DNA of 61,403 bases, the filler included, from Actinobacteria bacterium UBA7524 (GTDB lineage: Bacteria > Actinomycetota > Coriobacteriia > Anaerosomatales > UBA912): NCBI GenBank assembly GCA_002478275.1. It is 3 parts of 3 records of this genome, joined end to end, with 100 filler letters (N's around TTAATTAATTAA, not from the genome) between each part and the next. Parts side by side here need not be neighbours in the genome. Positions count along the whole stretch, not along the records: positions 34,287 to 61,403 come from DLMY01000046.1; 2 more parts are not named here. One strand, 5' to 3'. A program made the position numbers and the translations under genes. This document shows positions 36,028 through 48,310 of the stretch, one piece after another; position 1 is the first letter of the stretch, and every line of letters starts with the position of its first letter. The notes under the pieces are model-generated. The model worked only from the letters and a program-made list of their open reading frames with translations. It did no database searches and was not told the DNA's origin.

Positions 36028-37845
36028 GTGGACGAGCTCGACCTTCGCGACTACCTGAACGTGATCATGGCCCGCAAGGGCGTGATCATCCGCACCGTGC
36101 TCGTGGCGGCGCTCGTGGCCCTCATCTGGAGCCTTGTGCAAGCTCCCGTGTACGAGGGGCAGGCGAAGGTGCTCATCGCCGAGACGGGATCGGGCGCGGA
36201 CATCTTCGGTGACCTGGGGCTCGACATCTCGAGCCAGGCCGAGCGAGGCCTGCAGACGCAGGTGCAGCTCATGCAGGTGCGCCCGCTGCTGGAGAACACC
36301 ATCCGTACGCTCGACCTGGGCATGTCACCCGAGGATCTCGGGCGGTACGTGCAGATCACCGGCGTGGGTCAGACCAACGTGGTGACGATCACTGCGCGGG
36401 ACGGCGATGCCGAGACTGCTGCCGCGATCGCGAACACGCTCGCCGAGGAGTTCGTCACCTGGAGCCGCGACTACCGTCGCGAGGCCATCACGCTCGCTGC
36501 CAAGGAGGTGGAAAGCCGCCTGGAGGTGGCCAAGAGCGAGATTCTCGACCTGGGCCGCAAGATCGCGAGCGAAGGCAAGAGCGACGAGCTCTCCGCTGAG
36601 CTCTCGATCGCCACCGGCAACTACACCACGCTAGCTGCGAAGCTCGAGGAGCTCCGCATCAGCGCGCAGCTGGAGACCGGCTCCGGGCGCGTGGTGAGCC
36701 CGGCCGTGGTCTCCGACGACCCGGTGGAGCCCACACCCGTGCGCAACACCGTGCTGGGCGTGATGATCGGTCTCGTGATCGGCCTCGGGCTCGCGTTCCT
36801 CTACGAGTACCTCGACAACACGCTCAAGAGCTCCGATGAGGCCGAGAAGCTGCTAGGCGTGCCGGTTCTAGGCATCATCCCGGCCGAGAAGTACGAGAAG
36901 GACGAGCGCCGCCGCGCCAGCATCCTCACTAATCCGAGCAGCGCGGCCGCCGAAGCGTACCGCGTACTCCGCAACAACCTGGACTTCATCAACTTCGAGC
37001 ACGACATCAAGACGCTGCTCATCTCGAGCGCCGCTCCAGCCGAGGGCAAGAGCACCGTAGCCGCGAACCTCGCTGCGGGCCTCTCGCAGGCGGGCAAGAA
37101 GGTCGTGCTCGTGGCCTGCGACTTCCGCAAGCCCACCACCGCCCAGTTCTTCGGGGTGAAGAACCTGATCGGGCTTTCCGACGTGCTCACTGGTGCACAC
37201 TCGCTCAAGAGCGCGCTCCAGCGCCCGATGGACAACCTCGACTTGCTGGTGCTCACGAGCGGCAAGCTGCCCCCGAACCCGAGCGAGCTCCTGGGCTCCG
37301 AGAAGATGCGCGGCGTGCTCGAGGAGCTCAAGGAGTGGGCCGACTGGGTGATCATCGATACGCCGCCGCTGCTGGCGGTGGCCGACGGTGCCGCCGTTGC
37401 ACGCTACACCGACGGCGTGCTGCTGGTCACCAAGGCCGGTAGCTCAACACGTGAGGCCGTGAAGAAGGCCGGCGAGATGCTCGAGGCCGCCGGCGGACGG
37501 GCGATCGGCTCAGTGGTCTGGGGTCTGGACGCCACCGGCACGCGCGCGGGCTATGGCTACGGCTACGGCAAGAGCGCCTACGGCGGCTACTACTCGTACG
37601 CCGACTACTACAACGCACCGGAGGCGGGGGACACGGGCCGTGGCGGCGGCGCGATGCTCCAGTCGGCGCCTGCGAGCGTGTACATCCCGCAGAAGAGCCC
37701 CGGGCGGAAGTTCGCCGAGAGCCTGGGCCGGGTCGTGGGCGTGGTGCTCGCGGTGATCGCGGTCCTCGCCATTGCCGTGCTGGTGCTGTACTTCCTGGAC
37801 CAGGCGATGGGGTGGGGGCTGCTACAGGTAGTCCTGGGACGATGA
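36028..37845 (+). CDS. wzc: Polysaccharide co-polymerase/tyrosine autokinase (Wzc; CpsC-CpsD fusion)
   Basis: LDLRDYL, AEAYRVLR, PAEGKST, DFRKP, IIDTPP, Tyr cluster. Confidence 0.9.
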   Translation: MDELDLRDYLNVIMARKGVIIRTVLVAALVALIWSLVQAPVYEGQAKVLIAETGSGADIFGDLGLDISSQAERGLQTQVQLMQVRPLLENTIRTLDLGMSPEDLGRYVQITGVGQTNVVTITARDGDAETAAAIANTLAEEFVTWSRDYRREAITLAAKEVESRLEVAKSEILDLGRKIASEGKSDELSAELSIATGNYTTLAAKLEELRISAQLETGSGRVVSPAVVSDDPVEPTPVRNTVLGVMIGLVIGLGLAFLYEYLDNTLKSSDEAEKLLGVPVLGIIPAEKYEKDERRRASILTNPSSAAAEAYRVLRNNLDFINFEHDIKTLLISSAAPAEGKSTVAANLAAGLSQAGKKVVLVACDFRKPTTAQFFGVKNLIGLSDVLTGAHSLKSALQRPMDNLDLLVLTSGKLPPNPSELLGSEKMRGVLEELKEWADWVIIDTPPLLAVADGAAVARYTDGVLLVTKAGSSTREAVKKAGEMLEAAGGRAIGSVVWGLDATGTRAGYGYGYGKSAYGGYYSYADYYNAPEAGDTGRGGGAMLQSAPASVYIPQKSPGRKFAESLGRVVGVVLAVIAVLAIAVLVLYFLDQAMGWGLLQVVLGR

Positions 37846-37871
37846 TATCGGACGAAGGGTGAGACCCCTAG

Positions 37872-38924
37872 ATGGCATCTGAGGAATTCGCCGGTAAGAC
37901 GTTGCTCGTGACCGGCGGCACGGGGAGTTTTGGCCACGCGATCGTGGACCGCTTCCTCAACACGGAGATCGGCGAGATCCGCGTGTTCTCGCGGGATGAG
38001 GCGAAGCAGGATGCCATGCGGCACCTGTATCAGCACGCGCATCCCGAGATGAGCGGCCGGATCAAGTTCTACATCGGCGATGTGCGGGATGTGAATTCCG
38101 TCCGCGATGCGATGACAGACGTCGACTACGTCTTCCACGCTGCGGCGCTCAAGCAGGTGCCGTCGTGTGAGTTCTTCCCGATGGAGGCCGTGAAGACCAA
38201 CGTGCTCGGGACCGAGAACGTGCTTGCCGTGGCCATTCGCGCCGGTGTACAGAAGGTGGTCTGTCTCTCCACCGACAAGGCAGCCTATCCCATCAACGCC
38301 ATGGGCACGAGCAAGGCGATGATGGAGAAGGTCTTCATAGCAAAGTCGCGCTCGGCGGAGTCCACCATGATCTGCGGCACTCGCTACGGGAATGTGCTGT
38401 GCTCGCGCGGTTCGGTAGTGCCGTTGTTTGTCGAGCAGGTGAAGGCGGGACAACCGCTCACGGTCACTGATCCCGCCATGACCCGCTTCATCATGACGCT
38501 GGAGGAGGCCGTGGAGCTCGTGCTCTACGCGTTCGCGCATGCTGAGTCTGGCGACATCTTCGTGCAGAAGGCGCCGGCATCCACCGTGGGCGACCTCGCG
38601 CAGGCGGTGCTCGAGATCTTCGAGGCGCCGAACGAGATCAAGACGATCGGTATCCGTCACGGCGAGAAGTCCTACGAGACGCTGCTCACGCTCGAAGAGT
38701 GCCTGGGTGCCATCGATCTGGGTGGCTACTATCGCGTGCCAGCAGACAAGCGTGACCTCAACTACGACAAGTACTTCACCGAGGGCATGGGCGCGCGGTC
38801 GATGCAGCTGCAGGAGTACACGTCCCAGAGCACCGAGCAGCTCTCGCTCCCACAGGTGAAGGAGAAGCTGCTCGCTGTGCCGTACATGCAAGATGAACTG
38901 GCACGCTGGAGGAGCCGGTCGTGA
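37872..38924 (+). CDS. fnlA: UDP-GlcNAc 4,6-dehydratase/epimerase FnlA/CapE/WbjB
   Basis: GGTGSFG, AALKQVPSCEFFPMEAVKTN, STDKAAYPINAMG. Confidence 0.9.
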   Translation: MASEEFAGKTLLVTGGTGSFGHAIVDRFLNTEIGEIRVFSRDEAKQDAMRHLYQHAHPEMSGRIKFYIGDVRDVNSVRDAMTDVDYVFHAAALKQVPSCEFFPMEAVKTNVLGTENVLAVAIRAGVQKVVCLSTDKAAYPINAMGTSKAMMEKVFIAKSRSAESTMICGTRYGNVLCSRGSVVPLFVEQVKAGQPLTVTDPAMTRFIMTLEEAVELVLYAFAHAESGDIFVQKAPASTVGDLAQAVLEIFEAPNEIKTIGIRHGEKSYETLLTLEECLGAIDLGGYYRVPADKRDLNYDKYFTEGMGARSMQLQEYTSQSTEQLSLPQVKEKLLAVPYMQDELARWRSRS

Positions 38925-40058
38925 GGGTTCTCGTCACAGGAGCCGCAGGCTTCATCGGGCGCAACCTCGTCGAGCGCCTGAGGTCTGGCGCGTTTCCCGA
39001 TGTGACCGACATTCTCGAGTTCGATCGCGATACCGATCCCGGTCTGCTTGAGGACTATGCGTCGCAATGCGACTTCGTGTTCCACCTTGCCGGGGTGAAC
39101 CGGCCGCAGGACCCTGCGGAGTTCACCGAGGGCAATGTGGACCTCACCACGCGACTGCTCGATGCACTGCGCGCATCCACGCCCCGCCCGGTGCTACTGA
39201 CCTCATCGGTGCAGGCCGAGCGCGACAACCCGTACGGCGTGAGCAAGCGCGGCGCCGAGGAAGCGGTTAAGGCCTACGCCGAGGAGACGGGGGCCGGCAC
39301 CTACGTGTACCGACTGCCGAATGTGTTCGGCAAGTGGTCGCGCCCGAACTACAACACCGTTGTCGCCACGTTCTGCCACAACATCGCGCGGGACCTACCT
39401 ATCGAGGTCAGCGACCCACAGGCACCCCTGCCGCTCGTGTACATCGACGACGTCGTGGACGAGTTCCTGCGGGCGCTCACCGGTGAAGCGACCAACGTTG
39501 AGGGCGTGTACGTGGTGCGTCCGACGTACCAGACCACAGTGGGGGAGCTCGCGGCTGGACTGCATGGCTTCAGGCAGAGCCGCGAATCACTCGCAGTGCC
39601 CGATTTCAGTGACGAGCTTGAGAAGAAGCTCTACGCAACCTACTTGAGCTTCCTTGAGCCCGACTCGTTCAGTTACCCGCTCACCATGCACGTCGATGCG
39701 CGTGGGAGCTTCACTGAGATCATCCGCACACCCGAACGCGGGCAGTTCTCGGTGAACGTGATCAAACCAGGGGTGACCAAGGGCAACCACTGGCACGACA
39801 CCAAGAACGAGAAGTTCGTGGTGGTGAGCGGGAAGGGTGTCATTCGATTCCGCAAGGTAGGGGACTCTGAGGTGCGCGAGTATCACGTGTCCGACGAGAA
39901 GATCGAAGTCGTAGACATCCCGCCGGGCTACACGCACAACATCGAGAACCTGGGCGAGGCCGACATGGTTGTGTTCATGTGGGCGAGCGAGGCGTTCAGC
40001 GTAGAGCGCCCGGACACCCACCCTCTTGGCGTCAGCATGAGCGACCAGGAGACACCGA

Positions 40059-40069
<11 letters not shown>
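38921..40069 (+). CDS. fnlB: FnlB/CapF/WbjC reductase-epimerase
   Basis: HLAGVNRP, PNVFGKWSRPNYN, cupin KGNHWH. Confidence 0.9.
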
Positions 40070-41029
<960 letters not shown>

Positions 41030-41033
<4 letters not shown>

Positions 41034-42259
41034 GGGGCGCTTCGGCTTCCGGCGGGCGAGGTTCTCCTGCGGGCGATTCGAGCGGCACGCAACCCGGCGG
41101 GTGTCGCGTCCTGTACATAGGCGGGTTCGAACTGCCCGATCAGAATGCCGCTGCTCATCGGGTCATCGCCAACGCGAAGCTGCTGAGCGCGTTGGGCTAC
41201 GAGACGGTGTTCCTACACCACAAGCGGGGGGCGGCTGCCTCTCTGCGCGAGTACGCCGGCTTCCTCTGTCACGAATTCCCTGAGGTTCCTGGTCGCGCGG
41301 CACTTGTGCGTGCTCTATGGGACATCACTACCGTTGTGTCGGTGATCGAACAGCGCGGCGACATCGGGATGCTGATTGCCTACAACTATCCGGGAATCGC
41401 GCTCGCAAGGCTCAAGTCGTATTGCCGGAAGCATGGCATTCAGTGCGTCGCTGATGTCACGGACTGGTATGGCTCGCGTGATCGTTCGCTGGCGTACAAG
41501 ATCGTGAAGGGCGCAGACACTCTCCTGCGGATGCGAGTCGTGCACAAGCGTCTTGACGGACTCATCGTCATCAGCCGCTTTCTCGAGGAGTACTACAGGA
41601 GAAGCACAACCACGGTCAGTATTCCACCGCTCTACGATGCGGAAGACGAGCGGTGGCTGCCGCTGCAGGAATCATCAGACCGCAAGGGGACGAGACTCGT
41701 CTACGCAGGATCCCCGAGTAATGAGAAAGAGCGTCTTGATGTGCTGGTCAGCGCAGTCATTCAGGTTGGGCGGAGGCATCCAGTCTCACTGGATGTGGTT
41801 GGCATCACCGAGGAGCAGTTCCGGCGGATGTACAGGACATCAGGCGCCATCGCTGAGCCGGGTAAGCAGTTCGGTGAGGCGGCCATAGCGTTTCACGGTC
41901 GGCTGAGTCATGAGGCCGCCCTGGCTTTCGTCAAGCGAGCAGACTACACCGTTGTGGTTCGGGAGCCAAACCGGGTGACGATGGCAGGTTTCCCGACGAA
42001 GTTCGTCGAGAGCATCGCCTGCGGTACGCCCGTCATCGCGAGTCCATCGAGCAACTTAGCAGAGTACCTGACGGAGGGAAGGAATGGCCACCTAGTCGGT
42101 CTGGATGAGCTAGCGACTCACCTTGAACGCATCGTATCGCAAGACCCTCCGCCGCCTGTCGACCGAAGCTCGTTCGACTATCACACATACCTGCGCCCGA
42201 TGGGCGAGTTCATGTCCGCGCTGTTCGAACGTCAACGCGACGGCGTGTTGCGAGCATGA
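41030..42259 (+). CDS. GT4 glycosyltransferase
   Basis: ELPDQNAAAHRV, GFPTKFVESIACGTPVI. Confidence 0.85.
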
Positions 42260-43344
42260 GCAAGCCGCGTGTTGCCCTGCATATAATCATGCCGAATCAG
42301 GTGAGCGGTCCGAATACCTCCAACTGGCTGATTGCGGATTCGCGGCTGAGCAACAGGTTCGACTTCGTCTTCGTCGTACAGCGATCGCTGGCGGGCGGTC
42401 GGGTCAACCTTGGACTAATACGTGACCTTCGCGACCAGTTCCTCGCGGCCAAGCCGGACCTGGTGCACCTGTCGGGACTTCAGGCATCAGGATTCCATGC
42501 GGTAATCGCCGCAAGGCTTGCGGGCTACTCGAACATCCTGGTGACGATACACGGATTCTCGGGTGATGCGTGTGCACTCGGCCCCTTGAAGCGTCTGGCC
42601 TTCACGCACATAGTTGAGCCGCTCACGATACGTCTCGCGAAGCGAGTTCTCACGGTGTGTGAAGAGGCAGGGCGAAAGCCCATGGTGGCGCGTCAGAAGA
42701 AGAAGTACCTGGGAGTCATACACAACCCGGCGCCAGCAATCGAGTTCGACGTTGGGCAAGCACGCGAGGAGTTCAGACGCAGCATTGACGCTGATGTTCA
42801 GGATTTCCTAGTCGTTGTGGTCGGTCGAATGGTGTATGACAAAGGACTGTCGTTCATCTCGGACGCCATCGACATGCTGGATCATCCCTCGATCAAGTTC
42901 GTCTTCGTTGGCGACGGCGAATATGGGGCCAAGATCGCACAGAAACATGCGCAGCTGATTGACGACGGTCGCCTGTTCTTGTTGGGCAAGAGAGATGATG
43001 TTAAGCGCGTACTTGCAGGCTGTGATCTGTTCTTGTTCGCGACGCTGCATGAGAACCTATCGAACGCTCTACTCGAGGCGATGGCCGTTGGGCTCCCTGT
43101 CGTTGCCACGTCGGTCGGTGGCAACGTGGAGGTTGTCGAGGACTCGGCAAACGGGTTTCTCGTGCCACCGTGCGATGCCGGCGCACTCGCAGAGGGCGTG
43201 CTGAGGATCTGGGAAGATGTGACGCTGCGGGGTCACATGTCTGCTCGCTCCCGGCAGATCGTGGAGGACAGGTTCTCCCAGTCCGAGGTCTATGGGCAGC
43301 TCGAGGCGGTGTACTCGATGATGTTGGAGTCGGGTGCGCGATGA
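42256..43344 (+). CDS. GT4 glycosyltransferase
   Basis: ENLSNALLEAMAVGLPVVATSVGG. Confidence 0.88.
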   Translation: MSKPRVALHIIMPNQVSGPNTSNWLIADSRLSNRFDFVFVVQRSLAGGRVNLGLIRDLRDQFLAAKPDLVHLSGLQASGFHAVIAARLAGYSNILVTIHGFSGDACALGPLKRLAFTHIVEPLTIRLAKRVLTVCEEAGRKPMVARQKKKYLGVIHNPAPAIEFDVGQAREEFRRSIDADVQDFLVVVVGRMVYDKGLSFISDAIDMLDHPSIKFVFVGDGEYGAKIAQKHAQLIDDGRLFLLGKRDDVKRVLAGCDLFLFATLHENLSNALLEAMAVGLPVVATSVGGNVEVVEDSANGFLVPPCDAGALAEGVLRIWEDVTLRGHMSARSRQIVEDRFSQSEVYGQLEAVYSMMLESGAR

Positions 43345-44585
43345 GGCTGCCCGAACGGTATCACCGGATGGCACAACAGTACGGCGTGCTGACCATGGCG
43401 AACTACGCAACGATTGGTGTGTCACTGCTGACGACTATCCTGCTGACGACCCAGGTCAGCCAGGCTGACTACGGGACCTACCGCTACGTCATCAACATAG
43501 CCATGATGCTCGTCTCATTCTCGAACCTCGGGATCTACTACTCGACAGCTCGACTGCTAACTACGGCGGACGAAGCGAGAACCCGTCGGTTGTATGGCGC
43601 CACCATGGTCATCTTGCTCGGCATCGTGGCGATCGTCGGTTCAATCGTGGGTGCCGCGTATCCCCTCGCGGCAGCAGTCATCAAGGACGTGGACCGCAGC
43701 TTCTTGTATGCAGTGCCCGTCTTCCTCGTGCTCATGCTTCAGCGGATGTTCGTGAGCATGTTGAAGGGCTCCAACAGGATTTCTGAAGTAGCGGTCCAAA
43801 CTGCGCTGCCATCGGTCATAGCGCTAGTTGTCTACGGGATCCTCTGGCTCTCAGGTGTGTCACTGACGCTGTTGTCTGCACTGCTGATCTACTTGCTCTC
43901 GTACCTCCTCACGCACATGCTCACGATACGTACGCTTGGCGTCGCATTCCCACGAGGGATGAAGGACGAGTACTCTGCGATCCTCCGAGAGCAGAAGACG
44001 ACCGGATTCGAGCTCTACAAGGGGTCTCTGTTGTCTGTCTTCTCCGCTGATGCAATCGCGGTGTTGGCGGGGAGTCTCACCACGAGGGCGAGCTATGGGG
44101 CCTACGCTCTGGCTCTGAATGTGGCGTCACCAATCATGCAGATTCCAGCCACCCTTGGCATCGTCCGCTTCCAGGACAGCGCAGCTCGGGTGCGCATCTC
44201 GCGACGGGAGCTTGCTGCCATCGGGTTGTTTGGGGCCTTGTCGCTTCTAGTTCTCAACGTCTTAATCCAGGTCGTCTTTGCGGTCCTCTATCACGGGGAC
44301 TATGCTGAGGCTCCCGGATTCGCCGCAGTGCTCTCGGTGGGGTTTCTGCTGCACGGGTTCGGAGACTACCTGAACAACTTCCTGAGCTCACACGGAGAGG
44401 GTGCACGCATCAAGCGCAGTGCCTACGTGTCTGGTGGTACGCAGATTGCGCTTGCTGCGGTCTTGGTTCCGTTATGGGGTATCTGGGGGCTGGTCGTGTC
44501 TCGGGCCATGGCGAGTGCTGCCTACTGCGCGTCGATGTGGCTCGGCTACCAAGCGTTTCGGAAGTTGGCAGTGATCGAGCGATGA
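43341..44585 (+). CDS. wzx: Polysaccharide flippase Wzx
   Basis: About 12 TM helices, DYGTY, locus context. Confidence 0.75.
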   Translation: MRLPERYHRMAQQYGVLTMANYATIGVSLLTTILLTTQVSQADYGTYRYVINIAMMLVSFSNLGIYYSTARLLTTADEARTRRLYGATMVILLGIVAIVGSIVGAAYPLAAAVIKDVDRSFLYAVPVFLVLMLQRMFVSMLKGSNRISEVAVQTALPSVIALVVYGILWLSGVSLTLLSALLIYLLSYLLTHMLTIRTLGVAFPRGMKDEYSAILREQKTTGFELYKGSLLSVFSADAIAVLAGSLTTRASYGAYALALNVASPIMQIPATLGIVRFQDSAARVRISRRELAAIGLFGALSLLVLNVLIQVVFAVLYHGDYAEAPGFAAVLSVGFLLHGFGDYLNNFLSSHGEGARIKRSAYVSGGTQIALAAVLVPLWGIWGLVVSRAMASAAYCASMWLGYQAFRKLAVIER

Positions 44586-45967
44586 CCAACGCGGGTGACA
44601 CGACGGGTGCGAGCGTCGACGCGAGTGCGCCGGTTCTGCGGCGTGGTCTGGTCGATGCCCCGATGAAGTACGTGATGATCTACTTGTTGCTCACACTCGT
44701 TTTGTTCCTGGTCGAGTACTACGAGACTCGTCCAAACGCCGTTCTGGTGGCCGCGTACTGTCTGATCAGCTTCGCCGCGCTGTTCGCCGGCTGGACGTTC
44801 AAACGCGGCCAGGAGCAGCCCAGCCTCACGTTCGACTATGGCCACGGTTTGGCCTGGCTGCTTAGGGTTGCCTGCCTTGCAACAATCGTTGTGTCGCTGA
44901 ACAACGTCTTCGCGTTCTACTCGAGTCTGGCGGAGGCGGCCGAGTACGCGATTCAGCCCGGCGTCGCGTACGAGTATGTGAAGTACATCTCGCGCAACGG
45001 CCTGGATGCAGCAGGTGCCACTACGCCATCTGTCCTTGGGGTGCTCCTGACTGCGCTGACCTTCACGAAGTACTACGTGGTCGGCATTTCTGTCCTCTAC
45101 TGGCGTCGAATCAGGTTCATGGAGCGCGTTCTCGTTGGACTCACGGCTGTCGTGTACGTGTTCCAGAGCTTCGCAATCGGGGCGATGATTAATGTTGGGA
45201 GCCTCCTGGTAGCGTCTGCTCCGTTCGCGTGGTTCCTCCTGAGCAGACGCCCAGAGTCGCTGCGTCTTCGCCGGCGTCCCAAGGGGAGGCTGGCAAAGGT
45301 TCGGGCTGCGCTGCTCTCAGGGGCGGCCATCGCCAGCATGTTGTACTTCCTGGGTAATCGGGGCGTGTTCTTGTCCAGCGGCGGTGGCCAGCTGGCTCCG
45401 CTGCTAGGAGGACTTGTCGGGATGGTGTTCTACCTGTCCCACGGTTATGTAGGTCTCTCGTACTGCCTGGAGTTGCCGTTTGTCTTCACCTGGGGACACA
45501 CAACATTCAGGGGGCTTGCGACAGTCATCTTGCCGTACCTTGGCGTGGTGAATCGCTGGACGGATAGCTATTTGGTGAGAAGCGAGATGACGTTTGGATG
45601 GGATGCGCTTCGGGTCTGGTCCACGGTGTTCGCGTGGCTGGCGTCTGACCTGAGCTTCTGGCTAGTACCGTTGGTCTTCCTGCTTGTAGGCCTGAGCATG
45701 AAGCGTGCATGGATTCGCGGGATCACGACCGGAAATCCCTTCGCCCTTGCCTTCGCAGGGCAGCTGCTGATCTTCTGCGTAATGATCCCGGCGAACAACC
45801 AGCTCTTCAACACGTTCGGAAACAGCGTCGCGACTCTCACCATCTGGGTCGCCTATCGCCTGTCACTGCGACGGCCGAAGCTCGCGCACTCGCGGTCAGT
45901 AGCACCGGGGCATTCCGCTCTCGTGCGCGACGCGTCAGGCAGCGCTGATGGGCTATCCTCTGTATGA
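44582..45967 (+). CDS. wzy: Polysaccharide polymerase Wzy (probable)
   Basis: Multi-TM protein with an extracytoplasmic loop, follows wzx. Confidence 0.6.
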   Translation: MTNAGDTTGASVDASAPVLRRGLVDAPMKYVMIYLLLTLVLFLVEYYETRPNAVLVAAYCLISFAALFAGWTFKRGQEQPSLTFDYGHGLAWLLRVACLATIVVSLNNVFAFYSSLAEAAEYAIQPGVAYEYVKYISRNGLDAAGATTPSVLGVLLTALTFTKYYVVGISVLYWRRIRFMERVLVGLTAVVYVFQSFAIGAMINVGSLLVASAPFAWFLLSRRPESLRLRRRPKGRLAKVRAALLSGAAIASMLYFLGNRGVFLSSGGGQLAPLLGGLVGMVFYLSHGYVGLSYCLELPFVFTWGHTTFRGLATVILPYLGVVNRWTDSYLVRSEMTFGWDALRVWSTVFAWLASDLSFWLVPLVFLLVGLSMKRAWIRGITTGNPFALAFAGQLLIFCVMIPANNQLFNTFGNSVATLTIWVAYRLSLRRPKLAHSRSVAPGHSALVRDASGSADGLSSV

Positions 45968-46047
45968 GCCTGCGTGTGTGTGCGGAGTAGCACGTCAGTT
46001 GATACCGTCTGTGTGCTTGTGAGCTCTGACATTGATGGGGTGCGAAC

Positions 46048-47178
46048 ATGAACAAGCTCAAGCTCATGACAATCGTGGGCACGCGACCCGAGATCATCCG
46101 CCTGTCGTCGGTCATCAAGGCGTGCGACGCGTACTTCGATCATGTGCTTGTGCATACCGGGCAGAATTGGGCGGACTCACTCAACAAGATCTTCTTCGAG
46201 GACTTCGACCTTCGCGATCCCGACCACTTTCTTGGCGTTGTCGGCGGAAATATCGGCGAGACTATGGGCGCCATCCTCGCGAAGTCGTATGAGGTTCTGG
46301 AGAGGGAGCGCCCGGACGCACTTCTCGTCCTCGGTGACACCAACTCCGCGCTCTCGGCTATCTGCGCCAAGCGGCTGAAGGTCCCGATCTTCCACATGGA
46401 GGCCGGCAATCGGTGTTGGGACTGGAACGTGCCGGAGATGACCAACCGCACGATTGTCGACCACATCGCCGACATCAACCTGCCGTACACCGAGCACTCG
46501 CGCCGCTACCTGCTCTCGGAGGGCATCGACGGCAAGACAATCTTCGTTACCGGCTCGCCGATGCGCGAGGTGCTTCGCGACATGCGCGACAAGATCGAGG
46601 TGAGCGGTGTGCTCGAGCGTCTCGGCCTGGAGCAGGGACGGTACTTCGTTCTGTCGGCGCACCGTGAAGAGAACATCGATAGCGAGCAGGCGTTCCTCTC
46701 GCTGATGAGCGGGGTGAACCACATCGCGGAGCGCTTCGGGATGCCCGTGCTCTACTCGGCGCACCCGCGGTCGCGCAAGTTCATCGAGGCACGCGGCTTT
46801 GAGTTCCACCCGCTGGTGCAGGTACACGAACCGTTCAACTTCAGCGACTATAACAAGCTCCAGATCAACAGCTACTGTGTGCTCTCGGACAGTGGGACGC
46901 TATCGGAGGAAAGCGCAATTCTGGGCTTCCCGGGCGTACTTGTCCGCACTTCAACGGAACGCCCTGAGGCGCTCGACGCTGGGACCGTGATGATAGGGGG
47001 CATCACCGGGCCAGAAATGGAGCAAGCAGTCTCTCTCGCCGTGGCGATGGCTGAAGCCGGCGCGGCAGTCGGCACCGTGGCCGACTATGAGACCACCGCA
47101 GTGTCAACCAAGGTCGCGAGAATCATCCAGAGCTACGCGAAGATCGTCAACGTGACGACCTGGCGGAAGAATGGATGA
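46048..47178 (+). CDS. fnlC: UDP-sugar 2-epimerase FnlC/CapG/WbjD
   Basis: VGTRPEIIRL, HTGQN, HMEAGNRC, SDSGT, TERPE. Confidence 0.88.
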   Translation: MNKLKLMTIVGTRPEIIRLSSVIKACDAYFDHVLVHTGQNWADSLNKIFFEDFDLRDPDHFLGVVGGNIGETMGAILAKSYEVLERERPDALLVLGDTNSALSAICAKRLKVPIFHMEAGNRCWDWNVPEMTNRTIVDHIADINLPYTEHSRRYLLSEGIDGKTIFVTGSPMREVLRDMRDKIEVSGVLERLGLEQGRYFVLSAHREENIDSEQAFLSLMSGVNHIAERFGMPVLYSAHPRSRKFIEARGFEFHPLVQVHEPFNFSDYNKLQINSYCVLSDSGTLSEESAILGFPGVLVRTSTERPEALDAGTVMIGGITGPEMEQAVSLAVAMAEAGAAVGTVADYETTAVSTKVARIIQSYAKIVNVTTWRKNG

Positions 47179-48310
47179 GCAAGAGCATCCTAGCCGCGTT
47201 CTGGTAATCGCGAGCTTTCCAGACTCGCTCGTGCGCTTCCGCGGAGCGCTGCTTGAGTCGTTCGTTTCCGCAGGATGCGCTGTGCACGTCGCGGCGCCCG
47301 ATTTGCCTCGCGGGGATGAGGTGCGCGCGGTTCTTGAGGGCCTTGGCGTCGAGGTTCACGAGGTTCCGATGAGTCGCGCCGGGATGAATCCCCTCCAGGA
47401 CGTCAAGACGCTGCTGGAGCTTCACGCGCTGTGCAGGAGCCTCTCTCCCACGCACGTGCTGGCCTATACGATCAAGCCCGTTGTGTACGGACTCTGGGCT
47501 GCTCGAATGGCGGGTGTCCCCAACCGCTTCGCGCTGATCACCGGCCTGGGGTATGCGTTCTCCGACCGGGCCAGGGGGGCGCGGAAGTTGCTGTCCGGGC
47601 TAGTGCAACGCCTGTACGCGAACGCGCTCCGCGGCTCCGCGCACGTGTTCTTCCAGAACCCGGACGACAGGCTGGCGTTCAATCAGCTCAGGCTGCTTCC
47701 GTCAGGCACTGGATCGAGCGTCGTCAACGGCTCTGGTGTGGATGTGGCGGCGTTCGGAGTAGCACCCCTGCCATCGAATGTCAGGTTCCTGTTGATCGCC
47801 CGGCTGCTCGGTGAGAAGGGTGTGAGGGAGTACGCCACTGCAGCCCGCCGGATTCGGCAGGCGAACCCGGCAGTGTCGTTCGGTCTTGTGGGGTGGATTG
47901 ATCAGGGGCCCGACGCCATCCACGAGTCCGAGTTGGAGGAGTGGATTCAGGAAGGCGCGCTCGACTACCTGGGCCGCTTGGATGATGTTCGTCCAGCAAT
48001 CGCCGAGTGCTCGGTGTACGTGCTTCCCTCGTATCGTGAGGGGACACCACGCACGGTCCTCGAAGCGATGGCAATGGGTCGACCGATCGTGACAACGGAT
48101 GCGCCCGGTTGTCGTGAGACTGTGGTGGACGGCGACAACGGCTTCCTTGTGCCGGTCAAGTCCGTCGATGCACTGGTCGAGGCTATGGAACGGTTCATCC
48201 GGGAGCCCGATCTCATTCCGGCGATGGGCGCACGCTCGCGGGAGATCGCAGAGGACAGGTACGACGTTCACAAGGTGAATGCGGACATGTTGCGAGTGAT
48301 GGCTCTGTGA
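47171..48310 (+). CDS. GT4 glycosyltransferase (PglA/CapM-like)
   Basis: YTIKPVVYG, FQNPDD, SYREGTPRTVLEAMA. Confidence 0.88.
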   Translation: MDEQEHPSRVLVIASFPDSLVRFRGALLESFVSAGCAVHVAAPDLPRGDEVRAVLEGLGVEVHEVPMSRAGMNPLQDVKTLLELHALCRSLSPTHVLAYTIKPVVYGLWAARMAGVPNRFALITGLGYAFSDRARGARKLLSGLVQRLYANALRGSAHVFFQNPDDRLAFNQLRLLPSGTGSSVVNGSGVDVAAFGVAPLPSNVRFLLIARLLGEKGVREYATAARRIRQANPAVSFGLVGWIDQGPDAIHESELEEWIQEGALDYLGRLDDVRPAIAECSVYVLPSYREGTPRTVLEAMAMGRPIVTTDAPGCRETVVDGDNGFLVPVKSVDALVEAMERFIREPDLIPAMGARSREIAEDRYDVHKVNADMLRVMAL

